From a virus, in IMG/VR virus record IMGVR_UViG_3300031519_008107, positions 1-64,000 of that record: a stretch of 64,000 bases of DNA; one strand, written 5' to 3'. Under the pieces are notes generated by a model, which made no database searches, was not told the origin of the DNA, and worked only from the letters and a program-made list of their open reading frames with translations. The translations under genes and the position numbers were made by a program. Position 1 is the stretch's first letter; every line of letters begins with the position of its first letter. Below are positions 1 through 9,747 of the stretch, in pieces.

Positions 1-2
1 CT

Positions 3-410
3 GTAAATGATCTGGCCAAATTAGCCCGATTGAATCTGGCTAAGTGGAATATCAGTCCACCAGATAATCATATTGAAGGTCTAGCCAAACGAAGTAAAGG
101 TACTCCTAGAATTTTAAATGCTAGACTTGAGTGGTATAAAAATTATATTAGTATGTACCCTGAATGTAATTCTGTTGATGAAATGTTTCAGATACAAGGT
201 ATTGATGATAAAGGTTTGGATGAGAGTGATCGTAAATATATGGACACATTAAAACACAACCTTGGTAATCCTTTAGGTATAAAAAGCCTGTCAAGCATGA
301 CTGGTATCTCTATGGATACAATTCAGAATAGTATAGAACCTTTTCTCTGCCGGATGGGGTATATAGTTAGGACTCAAAAAGGTAGAGCATTAGGAAAATA
401 CAATGACTGA
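3..410 (+). CDS. ruvB: Holliday junction branch migration helicase RuvB, C-terminal part (5' end outside window)
   Basis: Motifs RSKGTPR, GLDESD, PLGIKSL, IEPFL..G.I.RT.KGR; frame open back to position 3. Confidence 0.92.
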   Translation, partial: VNDLAKLARLNLAKWNISPPDNHIEGLAKRSKGTPRILNARLEWYKNYISMYPECNSVDEMFQIQGIDDKGLDESDRKYMDTLKHNLGNPLGIKSLSSMTGISMDTIQNSIEPFLCRMGYIVRTQKGRALGKYND

Positions 411-507
411 TTTATCGACTATTCTTATTTGTTGGTCTATAGTTGTGATTATAGATCTAAGCGTTATGTTAGTTTGTATTAAAATAGTGAATCGAACAGG
501 AAAATGA
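403..507 (+). CDS. small membrane peptide, 34 aa (MTDLSTILICWSIVVIIDLSVMLVCIKIVNRTGK)
   Basis: Read from sequence; fills the gap with start/stop overlaps on both sides; one hydrophobic segment. Confidence 0.55.
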   Translation: MTDLSTILICWSIVVIIDLSVMLVCIKIVNRTGK

Positions 508-794
508 GCGACGAATTATATAAACCTCTTTCTAAAAATTCTGTGGGGAAAATGCGTTACACTTGCTTTCAGCCAGAGATTAGAGAGTCCATCTTAAAAA
601 TGGATATGCCTTTAGAAGTTAGAGGTCATATAGAGGATTTGTATGAATTAATTAGTCATCAATTAATAACTCAAATGAAACAAGAAGCACAAATGATTGC
701 CGTAAAACATACGGAGACATGGAAAAGATACGATAGACCTATAGAGGGTTATGATATTGAAAGCAGGAGTTATAAGACAAATGATAAAGACTGA
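504..794 (+). CDS. hypothetical protein
   Basis: 96-aa ORF coupled to neighbours. Confidence 0.7.
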   Translation: MSDELYKPLSKNSVGKMRYTCFQPEIRESILKMDMPLEVRGHIEDLYELISHQLITQMKQEAQMIAVKHTETWKRYDRPIEGYDIESRSYKTNDKD

Positions 795-1578
795 AGACAT
801 TGTATATAAAATAGATTATATAGCAGATCAATATTTTAATCAAAATAAAAGTATGATTGTAATAGCAAAAGAATTGGGTACATACCCTAATAAAATTAGA
901 AGAGCGTTCAAACAGGCAGGGTATTCTTTGAGAAATAAAAGCGAAGCACAAAAACTTGCTTTATTTACAGGTAGGATTGCTCATCCAACAGAAGGCACTA
1001 AAAGATCAGAAGAAACAAAAGACGCTATAGCAGATTCATTAGTTAAAAGTTGGGATAACTTACCTAAGAAAGAATTAGATAGACGAAGAAAAATAGCAAA
1101 AAAAATGTGGCATGATAAACCGGAATCAGAAAAACAAGCTATGCACGAAAAGGCCAAATTAGCAATATTAGATGCAGCAAAAAATGGTTCCAAACCAGAA
1201 AAATTCTTAATAAAAAAACTAGCAGAAAATAATTATGAATATGTTTTTCATGCTAGAGAATTATTGCCTAAGCCACATAACCATGAATTTGATTTCTATT
1301 TACCTGAATTAAATCTTGTTATAGAAATAGACGGTCATTTTCACAGAAACTCTGTTTGGGGTAGAGATCATTTAAAAAGTATGCAAGAATTAGATCAGAG
1401 AAAAAACAAATTACTTTTAGAAAATGGTTACTGTATTATAAGATATGAATATAGAAATAACGATTCCAGTCGGTCAAGTTTGAATAGGATGTGGAATAAG
1501 TTAGAGCCTGTCATACAAAACATTAGTAAAACATTTCCATCAAAAGATAATCGTTTGATTTTTTTAGAAAGTGAATAA
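781..1578 (+). CDS. free-standing endonuclease (HTH + NUMOD3-like + DUF559/Vsr-like PD-(D/E)XK domain)
   Basis: IAKELGTYPNKIRR HTH, HPTEGTKRSEETK, SKPEK, DFYLPE..IEIDG..H; paralog at 59757; ATG 781 follows AGGAG. Confidence 0.75.
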   Translation: MIKTEDIVYKIDYIADQYFNQNKSMIVIAKELGTYPNKIRRAFKQAGYSLRNKSEAQKLALFTGRIAHPTEGTKRSEETKDAIADSLVKSWDNLPKKELDRRRKIAKKMWHDKPESEKQAMHEKAKLAILDAAKNGSKPEKFLIKKLAENNYEYVFHARELLPKPHNHEFDFYLPELNLVIEIDGHFHRNSVWGRDHLKSMQELDQRKNKLLLENGYCIIRYEYRNNDSSRSSLNRMWNKLEPVIQNISKTFPSKDNRLIFLESE

Positions 1579-1739
1579 TGAAAGTTACAGAAAAAATTAA
1601 ATCAATGAGTATTACCACCACTACAATATTAGTTAAAGCTATTGAAGCGTTAGTAGGATTTATTGTAATAAAATTAATAGAACCAATATTCAATATGGTA
1701 TATAAATATTTTTGGGGAGATCAAGATGGAGAAGGTTAA
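1578..1739 (+). CDS. small membrane protein, 53 aa
   Basis: Read from sequence (MKVTEKIKSMSITTTTILVKAIEALVGFIVIKLIEP...); TAATG overlap with upstream gene. Confidence 0.6.
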   Translation: MKVTEKIKSMSITTTTILVKAIEALVGFIVIKLIEPIFNMVYKYFWGDQDGEG

Positions 1740-2358
1740 GTTTATCACTGCGACTCCTGATGCGGAGAAACTAATAGCATATTGTGCTAGAGTCAGCAAT
1801 CCAGAAAATCAAGACAATGAAAACTACTCTAGGCTTTTAGCCTACTGTATTAATCATGGTCACTGGTCTATATTTGAAATGGCTAATATGGTTCTTGAGA
1901 TTAATACTTCGAGAGGTATTGCTGCACAAGTATTACGTCATCGTAGTTTTAGCTTCCAAGAATTTAGTCAAAGGTATGCTGATGCTAATCTTTTAGAAGA
2001 TATACTTGCTCCTGATCTAAGACTACAGGATACAAAGAATAGACAGAATAGTATTGACGGTATGGAGAATGCTGATAGAGAGGCTTGGAGCGATACTATA
2101 GAAGATTATTTCCAAAAAGGACAGGACATTTATAATAAATTATTAAAAACAGGAGTAGCAAAAGAGTGTGCTAGATTTGTACTTCCTTTAGCAACTCCCA
2201 CTAAAATGTATATGAATGGAACGATTAGAAGCTGGATTCATTACATTAATCTGAGGTCAGCTAATGGTACTCAAAAAGAACATATGGATATTGCTAATCA
2301 ATGCAAGGCAATTTTTATTGAAAAATATCCCTTAATTAGTGAATCGCTCGATTGGTAA
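1726..2358 (+). CDS. thyX: flavin-dependent thymidylate synthase
   Basis: ThyX signature RHRSFSFQEFSQRY, HWSIFE, KECARFVLP, QKEH. Confidence 0.97.
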   Translation: MEKVKFITATPDAEKLIAYCARVSNPENQDNENYSRLLAYCINHGHWSIFEMANMVLEINTSRGIAAQVLRHRSFSFQEFSQRYADANLLEDILAPDLRLQDTKNRQNSIDGMENADREAWSDTIEDYFQKGQDIYNKLLKTGVAKECARFVLPLATPTKMYMNGTIRSWIHYINLRSANGTQKEHMDIANQCKAIFIEKYPLISESLDW

Positions 2359-2378
2359 CGTGAAATATAACACGAAAA

Positions 2379-2388
2379 GTGTATTATA
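2379..2388 (+). promoter_or_regulatory. putative phage-specific promoter GTGTATTATA
   Basis: Recurrent intergenic GTGTAT(W)n motif, 33 nt before ATG 2412. Confidence 0.6.
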
Positions 2389-2411
2389 CTTCTATATAGG
2401 AGTAATTAAAC

Positions 2412-3014
2412 ATGCAATCCAATAAATACTTAGAACATTTACTTAATCTCTTTTCTACAACATCCAGTGAGAAACCGGGCCTGTGGGAAAATATCCGTAA
2501 AAAAAAGGAAAGAGAAGGCAAGAATTATAAGCCCGCTAAGACCGTTAAAGAAGGTAGACCCACTAAAGACCAATTAAAAAAAGCCCAGTCTGAGAAAGAC
2601 GCAGAGGCGTTACAGAAGGGCAAACCGGGGCCAAACGATCCTAGAAAAACTCCTGCACCCAAAAAAGATCAGAAAAAAGGATCAAAGAAGAACAAACCTG
2701 ATAGTGCTAAAGATGACAAAGGTAAAATCAATTTCAGTAAAAAGACTGAAGATAGATTAAAGAAAAAAGCAGAAGAACATAATAAGAAGGGTAAAGGAAG
2801 CAAAGCAACATTAGGTGCATTAAAAGCAGTATACAGGAGAGGTGCTGGTGCATTCAGTGTAAGTCATGCTCCTAAAATGAGTAGAGACGGATGGGCAATG
2901 GCTAGAGTTAATGCTTTTATATATTTGCTTAAAAATGGTAAACCTTCTAATCCTAATTATAAACAAGATAATGATCTTTTACCAAAAGGTCATCCAAGAA
3001 GTGCTAAAAAATAA
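2412..3014 (+). CDS. Lys-rich viral protein (DUF5824-like C-terminus)
   Basis: GLWENIRKK N-terminal motif; LKAVYRRGAGAF..SH....WAMARVNAF motif recalled from aquatic viruses. Confidence 0.6.
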   Translation: MQSNKYLEHLLNLFSTTSSEKPGLWENIRKKKEREGKNYKPAKTVKEGRPTKDQLKKAQSEKDAEALQKGKPGPNDPRKTPAPKKDQKKGSKKNKPDSAKDDKGKINFSKKTEDRLKKKAEEHNKKGKGSKATLGALKAVYRRGAGAFSVSHAPKMSRDGWAMARVNAFIYLLKNGKPSNPNYKQDNDLLPKGHPRSAKK

Positions 3015-3325
3015 TGTTCTCTTTTTTAAATTTTAGATATTTTAGATATGCTAGCAGGTCAGGCAGATGGTCTACCGTTCGGAAAGAGCATCTAAAAATA
3101 CAGCCAGCTTGTGCTGTTTGTGGTAAAACATCTAAACTAGAAGTTCATCATATCAAACCTGTCCATAAATTTCCAGAACTAGAATTAGATCCAGATAATC
3201 TTATAACTCTCTGTGCTGATCCATGTCATATTATGTTCGGGCATTTAAAATATTGGAAAAGTTGGAATGAAGAAGTAGTAGAAGATTGTCATAAATACTA
3301 TACTAAATTAAAAAATAGACCTTAG
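3014..3325 (+). CDS. HNH endonuclease
   Basis: CAVC, VHHIKP, NLITLC..CH. Confidence 0.9.
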   Translation: MFSFLNFRYFRYASRSGRWSTVRKEHLKIQPACAVCGKTSKLEVHHIKPVHKFPELELDPDNLITLCADPCHIMFGHLKYWKSWNEEVVEDCHKYYTKLKNRP

Positions 3326-3341
3326 CTAAAGGTGGTTTACC

Positions 3342-4118
3342 ATGAAGAAAATACTACTAACAATAGGGCTTATGTTGTCTACAACTTTTGGTGTTGCTGG
3401 TACTATACGTCCCTCTGTTCCTGATAGTAAATACTTAGCTTTTGGCTCAAAATTTACTTGTGTTCAGCCATTAGAAATAGATTACGGTTTGATAGAAGAG
3501 AAGAAGAAATTATTAGGCTATGCTTCATGTGTTATATTATCTGACGAGTGGCTAATTACTAGTGCTCATATAATAGAAAAAAGAACTAAGTCGGTACATT
3601 TAATATATAAAAATCACAGATACTTTATTGAAAAGATGTTGATCCACAAGGATGCCGATACTGCAACAAAATTTACTGACAGAAATTTATCCGATATAGC
3701 ATTGTGTAAACTTAGTGAAAAATTAAAAGATTTCGATAAAGCCATAATGGTTGATGAAGATGTCAAGGTTCTGGGTAAAGTTGTATCATTGTGTGGTTAT
3801 GGAAATACTGGTAATTTTAATACGGGTGTTAATATTAATAAATGGGATCTGAAAAAAAGAGCTGGGACAAATATAATCAGTAGTATAAACCATGATATTT
3901 TATTAGCAGAAACAACAAAAAGTGAAAAAACGACATCGCTAGAAATGTTGGTCGCTGGTGGAGATAGTGGTGGTGGGGTTTTCATGGACGGTAAATTATT
4001 AGGTATAATATGTTTTATTAGATCTCAAGATAAAAAATGTTCAGACTATGGTGATGTTAATGGTTTTATAGACCTTAGAAAATATAAAGGATGGGTTAAT
4101 GATATTATCAAAGAATAG
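3342..4118 (+). CDS. secreted trypsin-like (S1) serine protease
   Basis: Signal peptide; triad motifs TSAH, SDIAL, GDSGG. Confidence 0.88.
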   Translation: MKKILLTIGLMLSTTFGVAGTIRPSVPDSKYLAFGSKFTCVQPLEIDYGLIEEKKKLLGYASCVILSDEWLITSAHIIEKRTKSVHLIYKNHRYFIEKMLIHKDADTATKFTDRNLSDIALCKLSEKLKDFDKAIMVDEDVKVLGKVVSLCGYGNTGNFNTGVNINKWDLKKRAGTNIISSINHDILLAETTKSEKTTSLEMLVAGGDSGGGVFMDGKLLGIICFIRSQDKKCSDYGDVNGFIDLRKYKGWVNDIIKE

Positions 4119-5028
4119 AAAAGTTTCGCTTCTACCTTACATTCAAGAAAATGTTTATGGATTAAACAGTCGAACGGATCAAATTACTGGGTGGGAAATT
4201 AATAAACTTAATATTAAAGACTATTGGCAATACGGTATGGGAGAGGGTGTCAAGATTGCTGTCATAGATAGTGGCTGTGATTTAGATCATCCAGATTTAA
4301 AACCTAACTTATTAAATAATGGATATAATTTTATTGATAATAATGATGATCCCTCTGACGATAATGGTCATGGTAGTCATGTCGCTGGTACTATCGCAGC
4401 GTGTAATAACGGTGTAGGAATTGTTGGTGTTGCCCCCAAGGCTAAAATTTTACCCGTTAAATCTTTAGACGCAGATGGCAGTGGATCACTACAGTCAGTA
4501 GCTATGGGTATATTATGGGCTGTTGAACAAGGGGTTGACATGATAACTATGAGTTTAGGTTGTGAGCTTCATAGTAAAGACTTCCACGATGTAATCAAGT
4601 TTGCTCATTCTAAAGGAATATTAATATTTTGTGCTGCCGGTAATTCTGGGTTCAGGAATAATGTTATGTATCCAGCAAGATACCCAGAGACCATAAGTAT
4701 AGCTGCTATTGATTCTGACTTTAAAAGAACTGATTTTAGTTGTGCAGGAAAGAGTCTGGACTTCTTGGCTCCGGGGCATGACATTCTTAGCTGTATCCCA
4801 GATGATGCTTATGCTAAAATGAGTGGTACTAGCATGAGCAATCCATTTGCTGTAGGGTGTGTGGCGTTAGGCATGTCTGCATTAAAAAGAAAACTTACCA
4901 AGAAATCTATGATAGAACTTTATAGTAAAAATGCCATAAGTCTTAATGATCCTATGCATAGAGGAAAGAAGATGTATGAAGGTAATGGCATCATAGTACC
5001 TATTAACCCTTCCCACCTGCATAATTAA
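4099..5028 (+). CDS. subtilisin-like (S8) serine protease
   Basis: VIDSG, HGSHVAG, AAGN, SGTSMS. Confidence 0.95.
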   Translation: MILSKNRKVSLLPYIQENVYGLNSRTDQITGWEINKLNIKDYWQYGMGEGVKIAVIDSGCDLDHPDLKPNLLNNGYNFIDNNDDPSDDNGHGSHVAGTIAACNNGVGIVGVAPKAKILPVKSLDADGSGSLQSVAMGILWAVEQGVDMITMSLGCELHSKDFHDVIKFAHSKGILIFCAAGNSGFRNNVMYPARYPETISIAAIDSDFKRTDFSCAGKSLDFLAPGHDILSCIPDDAYAKMSGTSMSNPFAVGCVALGMSALKRKLTKKSMIELYSKNAISLNDPMHRGKKMYEGNGIIVPINPSHLHN

Positions 5029-5075
5029 TAATCTATAATCTGAACTAAGCAACTATTTATTTTTAAAAAAATCAC

Positions 5076-5104
5076 TTGACACACGAGGGTAGGTATGGTA
5101 TTAT
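5076..5104 (+). promoter_or_regulatory. sigma70-type promoter TTGACA-17-TATTAT with extended -10 TG
   Basis: TTGACA 5076-5081, TG 5096-5097, TATTAT 5099-5104; A/T tract upstream. Confidence 0.8.
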
Positions 5105-5128
5105 ATAGAGTAGTCAGAATGTTAATCA

Positions 5129-5320
5129 GTGAGTAACATGAACAGCTTTGAAGACCGAAAAACAATAAGAAGAGATCATCTTAAACATAAGAAAGTTAGA
5201 CCGGGTTTAGTTACTTCGGATAAAGAAGAATCTAAACAGAAAGTCAAAACCTTCAAGCAGATGAAACAGAGTTATTCAAATGATGAAGAATGGGAAGAGT
5301 GGCAGGAATATTATAAGTAA
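5129..5320 (+). CDS. hypothetical small charged protein
   Basis: First ORF after the sigma70-type promoter. Confidence 0.6.
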   Translation: MSNMNSFEDRKTIRRDHLKHKKVRPGLVTSDKEESKQKVKTFKQMKQSYSNDEEWEEWQEYYK

Positions 5321-5540
5321 ACTTAAAACATTTTTTAAGTCCTTATGTTTCCATATTTATAGAGGTATGCCTAAATCTAGTCAGTTTGATATTGATACAA
5401 GATACATATCCTGTCAACAGTGTGACTCGTTTCATGAAAATCAATGTTTAGAGTGTGGATGCACTGTGAATAGGAATAAAGATTTTTTAAATAAGTTGGC
5501 ATGGAAAGATCAAAAATGCCCACTAGATCGGTGGTTATAA
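5280..5540 (+). CDS. small Cys-rich metal-binding protein (DUF6171-like)
   Basis: CxxC...CxxCGC...K..W....CP..W pattern. Confidence 0.65.
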   Translation: MMKNGKSGRNIISKLKTFFKSLCFHIYRGMPKSSQFDIDTRYISCQQCDSFHENQCLECGCTVNRNKDFLNKLAWKDQKCPLDRWL

Positions 5541-5541
5541 T

Positions 5542-6048
5542 ATGAAAACAGCAAACCGATTCGTATTGACTAAAAAGCAGAATATCTTTGAGTCTATTGA
5601 ACAAATACTAACACAAGATCGTTCTACAAATATCGTAGTTCCGTTTGTCTGCTCTAATAACCAGACCTTTAAATCAAAGTTCTTAGGTGAAAGTTTTAAG
5701 AAGTTCAATAACTTAGAAACTAATTTCTTTGTAAATAAAACTACTTTAGGCAAAGCAGATTTCTATAGAGTAAAAACAACCTCATATAAAAATTCTATCA
5801 TCTTTGCTAGTATGCCGTGTCATCACGCAAAAGGGTTTGGAAGAAAAATTCACTATGGAGAGTTAGCATCCTGTATGCATCAAATCTCTAATGCTATTCA
5901 GAGATCAATGAAAACATCAGAAGAATTTAATGTATCTATTCACGCCCCAAAATTTGGAACAGGCAAGTCTGGTGGCGACTGGCGAATAATATCAGAATTA
6001 ATGAATGACATTTGGGAAACTTTGGAGGTTACAATTTATGCTCCTTAA
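5542..6048 (+). CDS. macrodomain protein (TARG1/DarG/Poa1-like, divergent)
   Basis: IHAPKFGTGKSGGDW matches the PxIGxGxxGGxW diphosphate loop. Confidence 0.7.
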   Translation: MKTANRFVLTKKQNIFESIEQILTQDRSTNIVVPFVCSNNQTFKSKFLGESFKKFNNLETNFFVNKTTLGKADFYRVKTTSYKNSIIFASMPCHHAKGFGRKIHYGELASCMHQISNAIQRSMKTSEEFNVSIHAPKFGTGKSGGDWRIISELMNDIWETLEVTIYAP

Positions 6049-6196
6049 TATTTTATTTTATATTGTGTTTGGTATGGCTGCGTACAACGGTATTATGAGT
6101 GGCCGGAAAAAAATGAATGACACGAGATTAGGACTACTTCCATCTCATAAGTCAGACGACTCTAACGATTATTTCTTTCTGGTGTATCATGATTAA
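6038..6196 (+). CDS. small membrane protein
   Basis: GGAGG then ATG 6038; N-terminal hydrophobic helix. Confidence 0.55.
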   Translation: MLLNILFYIVFGMAAYNGIMSGRKKMNDTRLGLLPSHKSDDSNDYFFLVYHD

Positions 6197-6737
6197 ATCA
6201 AAACTGTTCGGACACAGAGTTTACCTTGCTGGTGCTATGGATAGAGTTGTAGACGGAGGTAAAGAATGGAGAGATAGTATTACCCCTATGTTAAGAGGGT
6301 TAGGATTATCTGTTATCAATCCATTGAACAAACCTACCGAAGCTGGCATTGAGAATCAAGAAACAGTTAAGTATAAATATAGACTAAAGTCTAATAAAAA
6401 TTATGATAAACTGAGCGAAATAATGAAAGAAATTCGTTCTATTGATTTACGTATGGTTGATATTAGTGATTTCCTAATTGTCAATTTAGATATAGCCACA
6501 CATCCATGCGGTACATATGAAGAAATTTTCTGGGCTAACAGACAGAAAAAACCGATACTCATTAGGATGGTTCAAGGTAAAAACAAAACTCCTGATTGGT
6601 TGTTTGGAACGATTCCTCATAAATTTATATTTGACTCTTGGGACGAGATGTTTTACTATATTAACAGAATTAATACGGGGATAGACTGTGACACTCTTAA
6701 CAGATGGTGCTTCTTAGATTATGGATCAAAAAACTAG
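6189..6737 (+). CDS. nucleoside 2-deoxyribosyltransferase / NMP N-glycosidase-like protein
   Basis: VYLAG, DLRMVDISD, GTYEE, A...KP motifs. Confidence 0.8.
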   Translation: MIKSKLFGHRVYLAGAMDRVVDGGKEWRDSITPMLRGLGLSVINPLNKPTEAGIENQETVKYKYRLKSNKNYDKLSEIMKEIRSIDLRMVDISDFLIVNLDIATHPCGTYEEIFWANRQKKPILIRMVQGKNKTPDWLFGTIPHKFIFDSWDEMFYYINRINTGIDCDTLNRWCFLDYGSKN

Positions 6738-7581
6738 CAAATTACTTTTAACTAATTGCATATCAGAGTTTCACGATAAAAACTTAGTTCACTTTGAAGC
6801 AGTTGGTAAAGAACATCTTAAAGATAAAAAGGTTATTCTAGTAGGCATAGTTAGAGATGTCTCTGAACAACTAGACAAATTTCAGGATGTTGTCCGAGTG
6901 CTTAGGGTTCAAGTTCCCGATATCGAAGTCTTTCTGTATGAGAATGATTCTACTGACAATACTGTAGAGCTTTTACAACGATGGTCTGAGGAAAATGACT
7001 GGTTTCATTTTAAGAGCGAAAAACGAGACGCTCCTGATTTAAGACTTAGCACTAGCGATGATAGAACAATAAACTTATCATATGCTCGTAACGAATGTCT
7101 TGACTGGGTTCGTGAGTATCACCCTAATTCTGATTATGTCATTGTTATAGACCCTGATATGAGGGATTATTATATTCCCGGTTTAGTGAACGGCGTAGGT
7201 CATATGGTTGAAAAAAACATAGACGCTATGGCCGGATGCGCATATCTATATAAAAATATAGGCGATTGGAATGGCAAGGCTCTTACGGATGAACCACAGT
7301 TTACAGGATATGATTGCTGGGCATACAGGCATACAGATTGGTTTGATGGACATAGGAACGGTCTGATGTTCTGGTTTTATTATTACATATTGCCAGTAGG
7401 TTCTAATCCTCACAAAGTTTTAAGTGCTTTTGGTGGGAGTTGCATTTATAAAACTAAATCGTATCTTCTAGGAATATATACCGGTGGTGACTGTGAGCAT
7501 GTAAATTTTCATAAAAGCATTTCAGAAGAAGATAAAGAATTTAACTTATATGTCAATCCTTCTCAAGTGTTTATAGTATAG
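6721..7581 (+). CDS. GT-A glycosyltransferase (CAP59/GT2-like)
   Basis: YENDSTDNT, ARN, DPD (DxD), VLSAFGG, CEHV. Confidence 0.8.
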   Translation: MDQKTSKLLLTNCISEFHDKNLVHFEAVGKEHLKDKKVILVGIVRDVSEQLDKFQDVVRVLRVQVPDIEVFLYENDSTDNTVELLQRWSEENDWFHFKSEKRDAPDLRLSTSDDRTINLSYARNECLDWVREYHPNSDYVIVIDPDMRDYYIPGLVNGVGHMVEKNIDAMAGCAYLYKNIGDWNGKALTDEPQFTGYDCWAYRHTDWFDGHRNGLMFWFYYYILPVGSNPHKVLSAFGGSCIYKTKSYLLGIYTGGDCEHVNFHKSISEEDKEFNLYVNPSQVFIV

Positions 7582-8615
7582 TGAAAATTTTACAAGATAC
7601 CAAATTAGATTTTAACGACGTTTTAATTAAACCTAAAAGATCCAACATCTCTAGTAGATCAGAAGTTGTACTGAACAGGGTTTTTAAATTCCCTCACTCT
7701 AATAGAGAACTAAACTGTATTCCTATTATGGCAGCTAATATGGATACGACAGGCTCCATATCCATGAACGAAGTCCTATCAGGATTCGATTGCATAACGT
7801 GCCTACATAAACATTATAAAGCCGAGGAATTATTAAAACACTTTAGATTCCCTAGACAATATGCTTTTTATTCTACAGGAATATCTGAACATGATATACA
7901 AAAATTAGGAATGGTATATGATAAATTACAGAAGAAACCTAACTTATGTATTGATGTAGCTAATGGTTACAATGAAAAATTTGTAGATACGATCCAAAGA
8001 ATTAGAGATTGGTATCCAGATATTATCATTATGGCAGGCAATGTTGTTACCCCAGAAATGACAGAAGAATTAATATTTCATGGAGGAGTAGATATAGTTA
8101 AAATAGGTATAGGTTCAGGAAGTGTGTGTACGACTAGACTTAAAACAGGTGTAGGATATCCACAACTTTCGGCTATTATAGAATGTGCTGATGCTGCACA
8201 TGGCGTGGGAGGCCATGTTTGTAGCGATGGGGGATGTACAACTCCAGCAGATGTCTGTAAGGCTTTTGGCTCTAATGCTGATTTTGTTATGCTTGGAGGA
8301 ATGTTAGCAGGAACAGATTGCTGTGATGGGAATTGGAAATATAATATAGATAACCAAAAAGAATCTTTACAATTTTATGGTATGAGCAGTAGAAAAGCTA
8401 TGCAAAAACATAGTGGAGGTATTGCTGATTACAGAACCAGCGAAGGCAAGTGCGTGTCTATACCATACAAAGGTAAAACCTCAGACACCATACAAGATAT
8501 TTTAGGTGGTCTTAGAAGTTGTTGCACATATATTGGAGCAAAGACTTTAAAGGACATGGGCAAAAATACGACATTTATTAAAGTAAACAATACTCACAAT
8601 AGGATATATGCATGA
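7581..8615 (+). CDS. guaC: GMP reductase
   Basis: AANMDTTG, IDVANGY, GIGSGSVCTTR, FYGMSS, SEGK. Confidence 0.96.
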   Translation: MKILQDTKLDFNDVLIKPKRSNISSRSEVVLNRVFKFPHSNRELNCIPIMAANMDTTGSISMNEVLSGFDCITCLHKHYKAEELLKHFRFPRQYAFYSTGISEHDIQKLGMVYDKLQKKPNLCIDVANGYNEKFVDTIQRIRDWYPDIIIMAGNVVTPEMTEELIFHGGVDIVKIGIGSGSVCTTRLKTGVGYPQLSAIIECADAAHGVGGHVCSDGGCTTPADVCKAFGSNADFVMLGGMLAGTDCCDGNWKYNIDNQKESLQFYGMSSRKAMQKHSGGIADYRTSEGKCVSIPYKGKTSDTIQDILGGLRSCCTYIGAKTLKDMGKNTTFIKVNNTHNRIYA

Positions 8616-9706
8616 TTAATTTAAATGCTCCAATTAATACTACTACTGGATACGGTATCACTTCCACAAACGTATGGCAATTATTAAGAGATAAAACGCC
8701 AATTGCATTATTCCCTATGGGTGGCAATATTAATTTAGAATCAAAACAGTTAGAATCAATAACTCATAATGATGTAGAAAACTCTTTTAAACCAGAATGT
8801 AAAAGCAGTTCATCTCTAAAGATATGGCACCAAAATGATTTATTCAACAGAATCGGTGGAGGTAAATATTGCGCTTTAACTTTTTTTGAGTTAGACACTT
8901 TAATGAAAAATGAAGTAGCGTCACTGAATCATCCAGATAAAATCTTAGTTGCTTCCTCTTGGGCTAAAAGCATTTTAGAAAAACATAATATACCCTCAAA
9001 CAATATCGGCATAGTTCCTTTAGGGGTAGACTTATCTGTATTTAATGCCGAAAACCTCAAGAACGCCACAGTGAATCCAGAGTTAGAGCGTAAGGAAGAT
9101 AGGTATGTATTTATCAATGTTGGCAAATGGGAAGTTAGAAAAGGTCATGATCTGCTTGTTAATATATTTAATGAAACCTTTACAGAAAAAGATAATGTAG
9201 AATTATGGATGGTCAATGACAATCCATTCCTGAATCAAGAACAGATTAATCAGTGGCATAAGGTTTATAAGTCTAGTAAACTTGGTGATAAGATTAAGAT
9301 CTTCCCTAGACTTAATTCACACGTAGAATTAGCAGCCGTTATGAACCAAGCTGATTGCGGTATTTATCTGTCTCGGGGTGAGGGTTGGAACAATGAGGTT
9401 ATGGAGACTATGGCTTTAAACAAACCTGTTATTCTAACTAATTATTCGGCTCATACAGAATACAGCACTAAGGATAACTCTTATCTTATCGACATAGATT
9501 CCACTGAACCTGCTAATGATGGCATTTGGTTTAAGGGACAGGGGAATTGGGCTAAAATAGGAGTGCCTCAAATAGAACAAGCGGTTGAATACATGAAACA
9601 GGTTTATAAGAATAATGTTAAAACAAATGAAAATGGTTTAAAAACAGCACAAAAATATACTTGGCAGAATACTGCTGATACGATCTGGAAATATATCAAT
9701 GAATAG
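8612..9706 (+). CDS. GT4 (GT-B) glycosyltransferase
   Basis: TGYG, RKG.D, SRGEGWNNEVME (E-x7-E). Confidence 0.9.
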   Translation: MINLNAPINTTTGYGITSTNVWQLLRDKTPIALFPMGGNINLESKQLESITHNDVENSFKPECKSSSSLKIWHQNDLFNRIGGGKYCALTFFELDTLMKNEVASLNHPDKILVASSWAKSILEKHNIPSNNIGIVPLGVDLSVFNAENLKNATVNPELERKEDRYVFINVGKWEVRKGHDLLVNIFNETFTEKDNVELWMVNDNPFLNQEQINQWHKVYKSSKLGDKIKIFPRLNSHVELAAVMNQADCGIYLSRGEGWNNEVMETMALNKPVILTNYSAHTEYSTKDNSYLIDIDSTEPANDGIWFKGQGNWAKIGVPQIEQAVEYMKQVYKNNVKTNENGLKTAQKYTWQNTADTIWKYINE

Positions 9707-9715
9707 TGTATAACA
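9706..9715 (+). promoter_or_regulatory. putative phage-specific promoter GTGTATAACA
   Basis: GTGTAT motif 42 nt before ATG 9748. Confidence 0.55.
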
Positions 9716-9747
9716 GACTGTTAATTACTTTAGATTAAAGGAAAATA

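Noticed and set aside
2359-2374. CGTG-N8-CACG inverted repeat after thyX
   Set aside because: Only a 4-bp stem with no U tract; could occur by chance
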